Below, in pieces: positions 40,066-51,640 of a DNA stretch of 64,000 bases. The notes under the pieces are model-generated. The model was not told where the DNA came from. It made no database searches and saw only the letters and a list, made by a program, of their open reading frames with translations. Source of the DNA: Octopus sinensis. Taxonomy: Eukaryota. Each line of letters opens with the position of its first letter. Within the stretch, counting starts at the first letter, position 1. The DNA lies in contig NC_043000.1 of assembly GCF_006345805.1 (NCBI RefSeq), forward strand, positions 109,864,001 through 109,928,000, in the 5' to 3' direction. Made by a program: the position numbers and the translations under genes.

Positions 40066-40950
40066 CCAGTCCCTTGTCATCTCCTCTATGAGGTTCAGAG
40101 TCCTAAGGTTAGCCTTCATCATTTCGTCCACGTCTTCCTGGTTCTCCTTCTTCTGCAAGCTCCATCCACCTTAAGTAATTAACACTTTCTTTATACAGCT
40201 ATCTTCTGCCACACTTATCCCATCTCCAAAAACCAACACAGTCTTTCTTGCACACCACAGCTGATTCCTCTTAGGCCCAGTTTTTCTCTCAGCACTCTCA
40301 TCCTGTGTCAGACGTGCACACTTAGATTGCTCATCCCACAGAGCATGCTTGTTTCATTTCTTCCTAATCTTCAGTTCTCCACATTCAACACCCATGCTTC
40401 ACTGTCATGCAGTGCTAGTAGCTCCTTCCTTGAATTTTCTCCATCTTTTCCTTATCTTGGCTGCTATACTTTCAGAGCAATCACCTCCCCGATAATTACA
40501 TCTTGATAACTAGTGAACCATCCAGGCATTTCCGAGAATTTATTTCTAGTTAGCTCATACTACACACAGTACCAATGCACCCATCACATACGAAGCTTAC
40601 TTTCTCTGTTACTATTTCTGTGATTCCACTGTCACTCTTGTGTGTCCATAGCTTACAATGGGCTCAGTTGTTTCTGCATATTGAGCAAGGTCAATGTATA
40701 GGTGTTCCCATGGTCAACCAGTCTTAAACTCCACAATAAGGAATAGGAGAGGACTGAGAACTGAGCCTTAATGAACCCCTGCCTTCATGCTAAAATTGTT
40801 GACTTTTTCTGCCTCTTTTGTACATAGGTTTTAGAACCCTTGTAAGCCATTTGGGTTCCTTCGTGACCACCAAATTACTGATTGTGCTGCCCTGTCAAGT
40901 GCCTTCTCCAAGTCAATGAATGCTTGGAATAGGGCTTTACCCTTAGCCAA
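40066..40950 (-). mobile_element. Degenerate, internally deleted RTE LINE RT fragment
   Basis: Minus-strand remnants AFIDLEKA (~40900-40925), GVH*GSVLSPLLF (~40741-40780) and a C-terminal RPGR..NLRTLNLIEEMTRD. Confidence 0.75.
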
Positions 40951-41313
40951 GGGCAGCGGACTCGTGGTCGTAGGATCGTGGTTTCGATTCCCAGACCGGG
41001 CGTTGTGAGTGTTTATTGAGCGAAAACACCTAAAGCTCCACGAGGCTCCGGCAGGGGATGGTGGTGATCCCTGCTGTACTCTTTCACCACAACTCTCTCT
41101 CTCTCTCTTACTTCCTGTTTCTGTTGTACCTGTATTTCAAAGGGCCGGCCTTGTCACTCTCTGTGTCACGCTGAATATCCCCGAGAACTACGTTAAGGGT
41201 ACACGTGTCTGTGGAGTGCTCAGCCACTTACACGTTAATTTCACGAGCAGGCTGTTCCGTTGATTCGGATCAACCGGAACCCTCGTCGTCGTAACCGACG
41301 GAGTGCTTCCATC
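40951..41313 (+). mobile_element. CpG-rich (young-looking) tRNA-derived SINE (family D)
   Basis: B-box-like GGTTTCGATTCC near the 5' end, high CpG retention, internal (CT)n, 3' hairpins, followed by (TA)n(CA)n. A related head occurs at ~45876-46015. Confidence 0.65.
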
Positions 41314-41319
41314 ATATAA

Positions 41320-41356
<37 letters not shown>

Positions 41357-42177
41357 TACATATACACGCACACGTTTATATGCTTATGCCAATTTATTAC
41401 CAGTTGGTAGTCATCTGCACACATCAGTGAACAGTTTGTTTGCTGAAGTTACAAGAGCTTTAAACTCATTAAATTAATTAGCCTAGGATCCCTTTGGCTG
41501 ATGAGACACACTGATGTTGACACACCAGGTGTCTCATAATTCCTTGCGTTAATTAATGAATAGTCTGTTAGGAACATACATTTGTTGTAATGGACCATTT
41601 TTTCTCCTGTGCTGAAACACAATTTTCACATTGACATTCAAATCTGTTGGAACTTACCAAGAAGAAATATGCAAGTAATTTCCATCATCCTTTAACATCC
41701 CCTTTTCTGTGCTGGCATGGGTTGGACAGTTCAAGAACAGCTGAGCCTCAGGGCTGCATCTGTTTTGGTGTGGTTTCTATGGCTGGATGCACTTCCTAAT
41801 ACCAACCTCTGTACAGAGTGTAGTGAGTACTCTTTGCATGGCCCCAATACCAGTGAGGTCAGCAAGTACCCACAAGACCCCTCAGTTGAGTGGGGTATAG
41901 AATGGAGGAGCAGGTGTCTTGCAAGTCATCATATATATATGTGTGTGTGTGTGTTTATGTATGTATAGTGTTTGAAGTGGTGTACAGGTATTGTATATTA
42001 TGAAAAAGGGGACAGTCAGAATTTTGGATAATTCTTTATTCGCACTTTTGTTCATTTAACCAAACTCAAGAAGAATTGAACCAAAACGAAAGCATAAATA
42101 AAGAATTGTCCAAAATTTTGACTGCCTCCTTTTTCTTAATACATATGATGATACACACGCACACACACAAAAGAAGA

Positions 42178-42434
42178 AAAAGAAAATGGAGATTGGGAAG
42201 TTAATAATTGTTTATTATTAACAGCAAATTAATCATCAACCCTTACAGCTGTTTCAATTAATACTCAATAAATATTAAATTTATATGACCTGAGCATATC
42301 TTCAGAGGGAATAAAAAAATATACCTTGGATATTTTATAGTATTTACTTTATATTAATTGAAACAGCTGTAAAGGATGATGATTAATTTGCTGTTAATAA
42401 TGAACAATTAACTTCCTAATTTCCATTTTCTTTT
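42178..42434. mobile_element. Non-coding foldback element with a hammerhead-ribozyme core (Penelope pLTR-like remnant)
   Basis: ~85-bp inverted arms at 42178-42263 and 42352-42434. Minus strand reads CCCT-CTGAAGA-(long stem II)-GAAAC-AGCT-GTA-AGGG. Confidence 0.6.
42240..42309 (-). ncRNA. Type I hammerhead ribozyme-like motif (long stem II, imperfect at its base)
   Basis: Stem I CCCU/AGGG, canonical CUGAAGA core, stem II AUGCUCA/UGAGUAU, GAAA, palindromic stem III ACAGCUGU, GUA cleavage triplet. Extra nucleotides lie between stem II and GAAA. Confidence 0.55.
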
Positions 42435-43760
42435 ATATGACTATAAAATATGTTTACCTATTATTTAAAGGAAATTAATTCCCCAAAATACTAGGTATTG
42501 AACCAGTATTTCCTTGGATGTAACCATCTCTTCATGAGTTAACACAACTTCTAATCGAATTTAATCATCATCATCATCATCATCATTTAGCGTCCGTTTT
42601 CCGTGCTAGCACGGGTTGGACGGTTCGACCGGGGTCTGGGAAGCCAGGGGCTGCACCAGGCTCCAGTCTGATCTGGCAGTGTTTCTACAGCTGGATGCCC
42701 TTCCTAACGCCAACCACTCCACAAGTGTAGTGGGTGCTTTTTACGTGCCACCTGCACAGGTGCCAGGGGAGTCTGGCATTGGCCACAATCGGTTGGTGCT
42801 TTTAATGTGCCACCTGCACGGAAGCCAGCCAAGGCGGCGCTGGCATCGGCCGCGTTATATATATAAAGCATATGTTGCATTCTGTATAGAATAGATCCCC
42901 TTTCACCAGAGATAAGTACGTTGTTGCCTTTCCAAGTCAGATGCAGAGACAATGACTCTTAACTCCAACAACATGGTTACTATGTTCCACATCCAACTTA
43001 TTCACCAGTGCTACTTTTTATGGTATTTATACTAAAGCAAGCACTACTGTGTAATGTTAGTAGCTCCCAGGTAACCAATTTGGATTCTGTATCCTTAAAA
43101 AAGCTCACGGATATGTGGTCCACTCTTGTGCTAGCTTATGAATTGTGGCATTCTGCTCGTGTAAGGAATTTCATTTAACTTTTGTCTTGAATTGAAAAAA
43201 GCATGAACATCTCCCAATCTTCTGTAGTCTCTTGGCTGGGATTTCACGGCAGCTGTGAATAATTTTTTACCCTTCCCAAATGTTCACAATGCGGAACGAC
43301 CATCACATCCTATTTAGCCTCTCAATCATTTGTGTTGCCACCAAGATACTCCATGCTCCACTAAACTTCCCAAACTACTTCACTCCAACCTCACTCAATT
43401 TGTTTCAATTTCAAACTTATGACTAAATACTTTTTGCCACTCTGACTTTCTCCTTTATATCCTCTTTGCATTTCCCTTGTCAAACAGCAAACCTGTTGAA
43501 GTTCAAAGTGGACTCAGCAACAGCCACACCTGTTGTAAAGTTTTTTTCTCTGATTGATATTAAAAAAAAAAATCCATAGGTGCAGGGCATGGCTGTAAAG
43601 GTTAAAAATGTTTGTTTTGCAACTCTGTGGGTCTTGAGATCCTGAAACATGTGTGGCCATGGAGGGGAAATATTATCTCGTTTGGAAACGAGTGAAGGTT
43701 GGCTACAGGGAGGGCATCCAGCCACAGAAAACTTCCTGTAATAAATTTCATCTGACCCAT

Positions 43761-44202
43761 GCTACAGCAAGGAATAAAATTACATACGTTCACAATTTTC
43801 TCTCTCATGGAAAGTAACCGAACATACGGCATTTCTTTACGCTTTTTACTGTATTAAATATTTCTGACGCAGACTATTAGTACTTTGTCGCATGGAAAAG
43901 TAGAAGTTAAAATGATAGTGATGATGATGGGTTATCTATCATATTCTATGGGAGAATAACGTTTCTTTTAAAGTTATGTTGTAAGAATTGTGCGTCGTTC
44001 ATTTGTTCCTAGAAGTAGATTAATGAATCGTGTGTAATCCAGTGGTTAACTTTCTAACAGGATGCTTCCTGATTTAAGGGTATTAATAGTCTGCGTCAGA
44101 AATATTTAATACAGTAAAAAGCGTAAAGAAATGCCGTATGTTCGGTTACTTTCCATGAAAGAGAAAATTGTGAACGTAAGTAATTTTATTCTTTGCTGTA
44201 GC
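43761..44202. repeat. 123-bp inverted duplication (43761-43883 vs 44080-44202)
   Basis: The arms differ at about four positions. The left arm interrupts the ccatgcta|gcatgg palindrome of a repeat tail. Confidence 0.9.
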
Positions 44203-44399
44203 TATTTGTTTGTTTTGTAGGAGGAATTGTTATGTGTTTCGTATTTCTTTTATCACCACACTTTCATTTTACATGGTTACAATTGAGAATTAGAACTAGG
44301 TCGAAAGTTCGTGAAAGCAGTTCATTGATAGCTTACCTTATAAACACCCGACTTTTTGTCACTTTATACTTAGTACCTGTCTATGAATATGCATCAATG

Positions 44400-44922
44400 G
44401 TGACAATTATCTAACGCTCGTTTTTTTCCTTCTCTTTCAGCAAACACGTGACTTATGCTATTTCTCTCTCGTTTACTCTGAAGAAAAAACACAGGAATCT
44501 CTTTTGATCCGGCACAGATAAATATATCGTTGTCATAAAGAGAAGTAAATTACGAAGACTACAGTCGCAGTAACACCAGACAATAAAACAAAAGGAAGTG
44601 TGTATATAAAGAAGACTAAATGGGCCAAGTATTAGATGCATCGAGGAGGACCCGGAAGTGACCTTTGGTCTTCTTGACCAGTAAATGAATGAATATTATT
44701 GTGTATCACCAATAATGTTGTTATTCAATTTCTTACGTTGATTTCGTTGGACTCGTCCACCTTTCACATAACAAGGTTTTGCTTTTCCTTATTGAATCAC
44801 TCTGTCTCCCTCACTTTGTCATTCTTCGATTTTCTCCTACGTCTCGCTTCGGCTCTTTTTCTTTTTGATTGTATTGTTCGGTCTACCACAAGTGGATGTT
44901 TCATTTTACACCAGAGAGGAAA
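44400..44922 (+). promoter_or_regulatory. Putative promoter / 5'UTR
   Basis: Repeat-free and CpG-retaining. E-box CACGTGAC at 44445-44452, ETS motif CCGGAAGTG at 44652-44660, another GGAAGTG near 44594, and a pyrimidine-rich stretch before the ATG. Confidence 0.55.
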
Positions 44923-45055
44923 ATGTGGCGACATCCGACGATGTCCTGTTATCATCGCAGTCGGAAGAAAACCGTCCTTCACTGCTTCTGTGTTCGCTAC
45001 AGCTGTAGTGACCTATCATTACTTCTTTTGGCTATATTCCTGCTGTTCCAGCCAG
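44923..45055 (+). CDS. First coding exon of an unidentified secreted/membrane protein (signal peptide)
   Basis: AAAATG start context. Encodes MWRHPTMSCYHRSRKKTVLHCFCVRYSCSDLSLLLLAIFLLFQP, then a consensus phase-1 donor CAG|gtaagt. A basic n-region, hydrophobic h-region and phase-1 intron are typical of signal-peptide exons. Confidence 0.65.
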
Positions 45056-45085
45056 GTAAGTTTGAGAATCTTTTTCTTTCATACT

Positions 45086-45360
45086 CATCATCATCATCAA
45101 GTGTTTTAAATCAGAGTTTTATCCCCGTTAACGGGTGTGGCCGGATCTACCTCAATGCTATTAGCAACCGAGGTAGGCAGGTGCAGCCCACCCCACCCTT
45201 TCTCCTTTGCTATCATGAGGTTTTTTTGGAACTGGTTTTTCTATGGGGAACATGCCCTTGCTTACCCCCAACCTCAGTTTCTAGACATGAGTGGTCCCAA
45301 GACCAAGGCCTCTACCACGATTGGAAAATTAGCTCAAGAAGGCAGGGATGCTACTCCCTG
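45086..45360 (-). mobile_element. (GAT)n-tailed RTE-associated short retroelement (family E)
   Basis: Reverse-complement homology to 51641-51960 (+), sharing ggtagaggccttggtct..gtaagcaagggcatgctcccc..gggctgcacctgcctacct and a (GAT)n tail. Confidence 0.75.
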
Positions 45361-48300
45361 AGACCTCTTTCGGAGCCTCCCCTCTACCCTTTGATACTAT
45401 TTTTTTAAACACACCTTCAGTTTTCACTTCATGGAATTCAACGGATGAATTGAGCATAGGAGATGATTTACTCCATGCAGAAACTCCAGGAGCCCTTCAT
45501 CGGTTTTGCAAGCTCTTCTAGACCCATCACAGTGTTGGAGACCCTTCTGCATTGTCAACAAGTACTTTAGGATCACTAGGGTTTCATTCCTTCGCATGTA
45601 CACATCACCTGAGTGGGGGTAGTGAGGACTGACTCAGTCATTTTCGCCTGTGGAAGAGTTCCACTTGCAGTTACTGTGCCTCATTTCCATTTCTTAAATC
45701 CTGCCCTTAGAAGGTTTCTCTGAGGTCCCATCCCTCAAATACATTCTTTGAATATGTTCATCAAACATTGCCATATACGCCGACTGAATATACAAAACTT
45801 GTATTTGAATGTCATCCATTTGAGATGTAATTTAGTTTTCAAATTGTTGATTACTGTGCATGCATACATACACGGTGAAGGGGTGTGGCCTAGCAGCTAG
45901 GCTGTTGCCCTCACAATCACAAGATTGTGGTTTCAATTCCTGGACTGGGTGGTGTGTTGTGTTCTTGAGTAAAACGCTTCATTTCACATTACTCCAGTCC
46001 ACTCAGCTGCAAATGGATCCCTGAGGTGGGCTGGCAAAATATTTTCAGGTGAAGAGAGTCATTTCATACGTCACGTACATCACACTTTTTACATCCTCTT
46101 CATAAAAATTTTACATAAATTCCCAGTAAAAAGTTTGTTTATACTTAGCCTGCAAAGTCGAACTTTACTATGAAAAATGAATCAATACAATTCTTATAAA
46201 TGTTTGATTTTTACATCTCAGGTATTTCATAATCTGTTTTTCTGACCGTCACATACATCACACATGAATGGTTCAATATTACAGTTTTGTGGTGAATTTG
46301 AGTCCTTTTCAAAGAATTTTTTTATACGAGTATTGACAAATTAATTACCTTTGATACCTCTCAGTTGATTTGTACTGTTGTGGAGTATCCTGAATTTTCT
46401 GGACTGGTTCTAAACAAAAAATTTCTTAAGTGGTCCCTGGGTTGAGGATATCTTTCTTTCTTTCTCACAAGTCACAGGGGTTCTCTGCCCTTGTAAAGAA
46501 TTAAGCGCCACTACTCCCCCCCCCCGCCTCCAAGCTAAAAGATAAAAAGAAAACAAAAAACAACCACTGTAAGCTCCGAGTGTCCAAACTTCCAGCATGT
46601 TTCAACTGGAAGAAAATACTTGAATTTAATTTTTCTTAAGTTTCATTTTGATATTTACCTTCTATACAAGCAGGTGTGGTTGAGTGGTTAAGAAGCTTGC
46701 TTTGCAGCCACTTGACTACAGGTTCAGTTCCACTGCACAGCACCTTGGGCAAATGTCTTCTGCTCTAGCCCCAGGCCAACCAATGCCTTGGGAGTGAATT
46801 TAATAGACAAACTTTTTGGAAGCCTGTTTGTTTGTGTGTGTGTGTGTATTATCATCATCATTTAATGTCCGTTGTCCATGCTGGCATGGGTTGGATGGTT
46901 TGACTAGGGCTGACCACCAAACACTAGCCTGACTTGGCATGGTTTCTATGGTTTGATGCCCTTCCTGATGCCAACCACTCCGAGAGTGTAATGGGTGCTT
47001 TTATGTGTGTGTGTGTCTTTGTTTCCCCACCCCCTCTACTGCTTAACGATCAGTGTTACTTTGTTTACATCCCTTTAACTTAGCGGTTTGGCAAAAAGAG
47101 TCTGATAGACTAAGTACTAGACTTTGAAAACCAAAATAATTTACTGGGCTAAATTTGTTCTATTAAAGCCCTTTCAATTGGTGCCCCAGCATGGCTGCAG
47201 TCCAATAACTGAACCAAGTAAAAAATGAGTCTGATTTTTGAGGAAGCACTATTAAAACAGCTGCATCTGTTGTCATCCTCTTTCTTTCTTCTCTCCATCT
47301 GGAATATTTAAATGACAATGGCTTGGGAATTCAATGAGGATTTTTTTTTTCCTTGTGGCCTTCACCTAAATATCTATGACATAAAACTAGTTTATAAAAG
47401 TTGAAAAGAAGCAACACAAGGTGAAAATAGCTAATTAATAAGTACAACCTTAATTAGTTTTTTTTTTTTTTTTTTTGATGATGTGGCACAGACTAATTAA
47501 GCAAGATTGTTTTCCGTTTGCCTTTTAAACGTTTTGCTCGTTTCAGTCATTGGATTGCAGCCTTAAATGGTTTCAGTTGAATCAATTGACATGAGTGCTT
47601 ACTTCCTTTTTTAAGTCTATGACTTATTATGTCAGTCTCTTTTGTTGAGCTGTGAAGTTGCAGGGGATGTAAACAAACCACCACTGATTGTCAATCAGTT
47701 GCAGCAGGGGGCAAACATAATGTGTGTGTATACACACACGCACACAATGGACTTCCACACAGTTTCCATCTCTGACATTCACTCACAGGGCATTGGTTAG
47801 TGAAGGGCAATAGTAGAAGACACCCATGGTGCTAGGTGCTGGTGATTGGAACTGAACCTGCAACCACATGGTTGCAAAGTGAACCTTTTAAACCACCCTA
47901 ATTTACCTTTTGATCTCAAATGCAAGAAACGAGTACAAAAAAGATCTCACTGGAATCTCAGGTGGGTTCGAGGAGGAGGAGGAAGAGGAGGATTTCATAG
48001 GTAATGGATTCAAAGAAATACCGAAAAATGGATCACTACCGTGAAAATTCTAGTAGTAATTGATAATTTCTGACATGTAGGTCAGTATTGCACCCGTCTC
48101 TGAAGGGAACTGTAGATATTCAGGTGTGTGTAATCACAAGAATGTGATTACACGAGTCAGACAAAAGCCGATTTGAATATCAGCAGAAGTATTCCTTCTG
48201 ACCTTTTAACTGTGACCGTCCTAATTCTATTTTGCACTGTAGGCAAGTTGTACTAAAACACGTGGTTTGCTTCTTTAAAGAGAGCAAGTGTTGGTGGATG

Positions 48301-48614
48301 GTGGCTGACAGAATGGAAATGTCAAGAATCCATTATACAGACATGCCTTTGTTGGTAAGGGCTGTTAGAGTTGGAACATAACCATTGTTCTGCTCACATG
48401 TCTATGCTGGTATCATTGTGTCAGCATTTCTGGCGAACCTTATGTCCCAAAGTTGTGCACTCTTGACGTAATGGAATAAAAATTCCCTTAATTTGTTGAA
48501 TGAGAAAGGCTTGGTGCCAGGAAGAGCATGCAACTGTAAAAATACTGTCTCAAATAAGTTCCCAGCCAGTCTATGCATGCTTAGCAATGTGAAGCAAATG
48601 AACATATGCCTGAA

Positions 48615-48990
48615 TAGCTTGTTTACCAACCACATGGTTCCGGGTTCAGTCCCACTGCGTGGCATCTTGGGCAAGTGTCTTCTGCTATAGCCCCGGGCCG
48701 ACCAATGCCTTGTGAGTGGATTTGGTAGACGGAAACTGAAAGAAGCCTGTCGTATATATGTTTATGTATGTGTGTGTGTATATGTTTGTCTGTGATTGTT
48801 CCCCTAGCATTGCTTGACAACCGATGCTGGTGTGTTTACGTCCCCGTCACTTAGCAGTTCGGCGAAAGTGACCGATAGAATAAGTACTGGGCTTACAAAG
48901 AATGAGTCCCGGGGTCAATTTGCTCGACTAAAGGCGGTGCTCCAGCATGGCCGCAGTCAAATGACTGAAACAAGTAAAAGAGTAAAAGAG
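48615..48990 (+). mobile_element. tRNA-derived SINE (family A), best-preserved copy
   Basis: B-box GGTTCAGTCC, CORE-like segment, internal (TA/TG)n, tail AGTAAAAGAGTAAAAGAG. Many other copies in both orientations, e.g. 3110-3250, 18040-18392, 25525-26030, 28610-28930, 46670-47222, 50090-50360, 51135-51640. Confidence 0.85.
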
Positions 48991-49035
48991 TATATATATA
49001 TATACACGCACACATAGAGACACAACACACACACA

Positions 49036-49577
49036 CAAGAGGTCTGCTGGAAAAGTATCAGGACTGTTGCTATGCTAACAGAGCTAAAGTATGCAGGGTG
49101 AAGCTACACAGCACAGAATGACCTTGAATAAACACCCTGTTGTGATGATGCTTTTGCTCACTTGTGTTGTTCACAACAGAAATTCTTGGAAGTAAAGTGG
49201 GAAGGGTGTGGTTCTCTCAGAAAAGAAGGTCAGGTTTCAGCTGTGTCAGATCTCCTCGATTGTGTGGAGGAAGAGGAGAACTTTTTGAAAGCAGTCATGG
49301 CCATGACCCTGAAATCAAGGCTCAGTCTTTGCGGTGGAAAACCCCAACATGGCTTCAAGACATTGAGGAAATCCAAGAGAATGCAACAAGACAGTTGCTC
49401 ACCCCCTATCCCCAAAAACAGAGTTCCAGGAATGCTTCCATCAGTAGAAACAAAGCTGGATGAAGTGGGTGGCTTCAAAATGGGACTAATTTGAAAGGAA
49501 ATTAATTGCTTAATTGATAGGTGTTGTAGTTTTGTTTTTATAGAACCAGTCCTCATACTTTCTCATCAGATCTTTTA
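49036..49577 (+). mobile_element. Internally deleted Tc1/mariner element
   Basis: Imperfect ~30-bp TIRs (aagaggtctgctggaaaagtatcaggactg / cagtcctcatactttctcatcagatcttt). Transposase remnants: SDLLDCVEEEENFLK, HGHDPEIKAQSLRWKTP (YGYDPETK..W-like) and a C-terminal QDIEEIQENATRQL..EFQECFHQ. Confidence 0.8.
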
Positions 49578-50017
49578 TTTATTTATCAACTGAAGAAGGG
49601 GAATATTCCTTGTGTTGTACGTCTTGTGCTCTGGTTTTTCTTTGTTTGAAAAAAAGTTTGTTTTTATGTTTTTATTTCTCATTGTGTTCAACGTTTTTTT
49701 GGTGTCCTGTACCCATATATGCATGTATATATACGTATAGATGTAAGTATGTACAAATATGTATGTATATATGCATATGTTTATATATTATTTATATATA
49801 TATATATATAATGAAAAGATCCAAGAATCTAGGTGTGGGAAGTTATTAAGCTTCAAGCATTCCGTGGGAAGTATAAAGAAAACTTTTCAGGCACAATAAT
49901 AGTCTATTGGTGGAGAAGGTTGTCGGTTTTTCTCATCAAAGTTTGATAAGCTGAAAAAAGTTTTTTCTTTTATAGTTCATGGTTAGCATCCAGGGTTGTT
50001 AGGAATGCAAATATCTA

Positions 50018-50055
<38 letters not shown>

Positions 50056-51640
50056 TACACACACACATGGGTATATATATTTATATTTTATAGTCTCAGG
50101 CCGACCAAAGCCTTGTGAATGGATTTCGTACTCGGAAACTGAAAGAAGACTGTTGTATATATGTGTATATTTGTGTCTGTGTTTGTACCCCCACTATCAC
50201 TTGACAACCGATGTTGCTGTGTTTGTGTCCCCATAACTTACCGGTTTGGCAAAAGACACTGTACTAGGCTTACAAAGAATAAGTCCTGGGGTCGTTTTAT
50301 TCAACTAAAGGTGGTGCTCCAGCATGGCTGCAGTTACATGACTGAAACAAGTAAAACAATAAAAAAACCATGCCTTTTTAATCTCAAGCAATGCCAGGGT
50401 TCTCTGCTAGTATAGAATATTAAGGGGTGAGTCACTTTGGGTTGCTAGAACTGCAGGCCAACCAATGCTTTGAGTCAGTTTAGTCAATGGAAACTTTGTG
50501 AATGCTCATTTTGTGTGTGTGTGTGTGTGTGTGACCTCATGGAAACAATGCTTGGCAGCTGGTGTCTGTTTACATCTCCATAACTTGGTGGCTCGGCACC
50601 AGATCTTAAAAGCACAGGGGTCGATTTGTTCAGTTAAATTCTGCAAGGTGGTGCCCCAGCTTGGTTACAGTCAAATGACTGAAAGAAATAAAAGATAAAA
50701 ATCTTTTGTTATTTTCTCTCAGTAAATATTGATTTCGCTGCTGTTTTTCATTTGGAGATCTTTCTCCATGGTTAGTCTTTTTTTGTTTTTTTCTTCTTCC
50801 GGTCTTTGGTTTCTAGAATTTAGTTTTAAGAAGAAGACTGCGCTTTAGGAAAAACATGTTACAGAATATGTGGGAATATTCAAATTTGCCACAGCATTTC
50901 CAGATCATTGGAGAATGAAGAGAAATAAAGATGATAATGTCAGCCTTACATAGGTGTTAATGAAATCCACTTGAACAGGTGGAGACGGGATTCTTCTTAT
51001 TTGAGTATTGATCTAGTTTTATCAATAAAGAGAGAGTTTCCCATGGCAGCATCTGGTGGCAAGTGGTTGCTGTGGCCCTAAGCTGACAAATGCCTTGTGA
51101 GGAAATTTGGTAGAGACACTTGAAACCTGTGTGTGTCTATATTCTTTTACCTGTTTCAGTGATTGGACTGTGGCCATGCTGGGGCACCGCCTTGAAGAGT
51201 TTCAGTGAAACAAATCAACCGCAGTACTTTTCTTTCTCTTTTTTAAGTACTTATTCTGTCGGTCTCTCTTTGCTGAATCTCTAAGTCACATAAACAAACG
51301 AACACCAGTTGTCAAGCAGTGGTGGAAGAGAAATACAAACCCAAAGACACACAGACATGCATGTGCGCGTGCACACATGCGTGTGATATGGTGTTTTTAC
51401 ACCTTTTTTTATCATAAGAGAGAATTTTTCTCCACAGTAAATGTAGTGAATTGGCTTTTAAAAATTAAAATATGTCACAAACATATTTCAACTAACCAAA
51501 AGTTCACACACACACGATGGGCTTCTTTGAATTTCCATTTACCAAATCTACTCATGAGGCTTTGGTTGGCCTAAGGCTATGATAGTAAACCCATACCCAA
51601 GGTGCCATGTAGTGGGACTGAACCTGGAACCATTTGGTTG

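Noticed and set aside
41495-41545. CTGATGA-gaca/tgtt-GACA..GTC hammerhead-like string
   Set aside because: GAAA is replaced by GACA and stem I does not pair; at most a degenerate hairpin.
44869-45408. 179-aa single-exon ORF
   Set aside because: Only 44923-45055 looks coding; the rest reads through a consensus donor into a repeat.
45300-45420. HDV-like ribozyme in the family E element (GCTAA followed by a pyrimidine stretch on the minus strand)
   Set aside because: I could not assemble convincing P1/P1.1/P3 pairings by eye.
47920-48045. Possible exon encoding an acidic run (GGFEEEEEEEDFIG)
   Set aside because: Explained by a (GAG)n microsatellite; no convincing acceptor or phase match to the 45055 donor.
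48615-48680. tRNA gene
   Set aside because: The A/B-box-like motifs belong to SINE heads; no cloverleaf can be formed.
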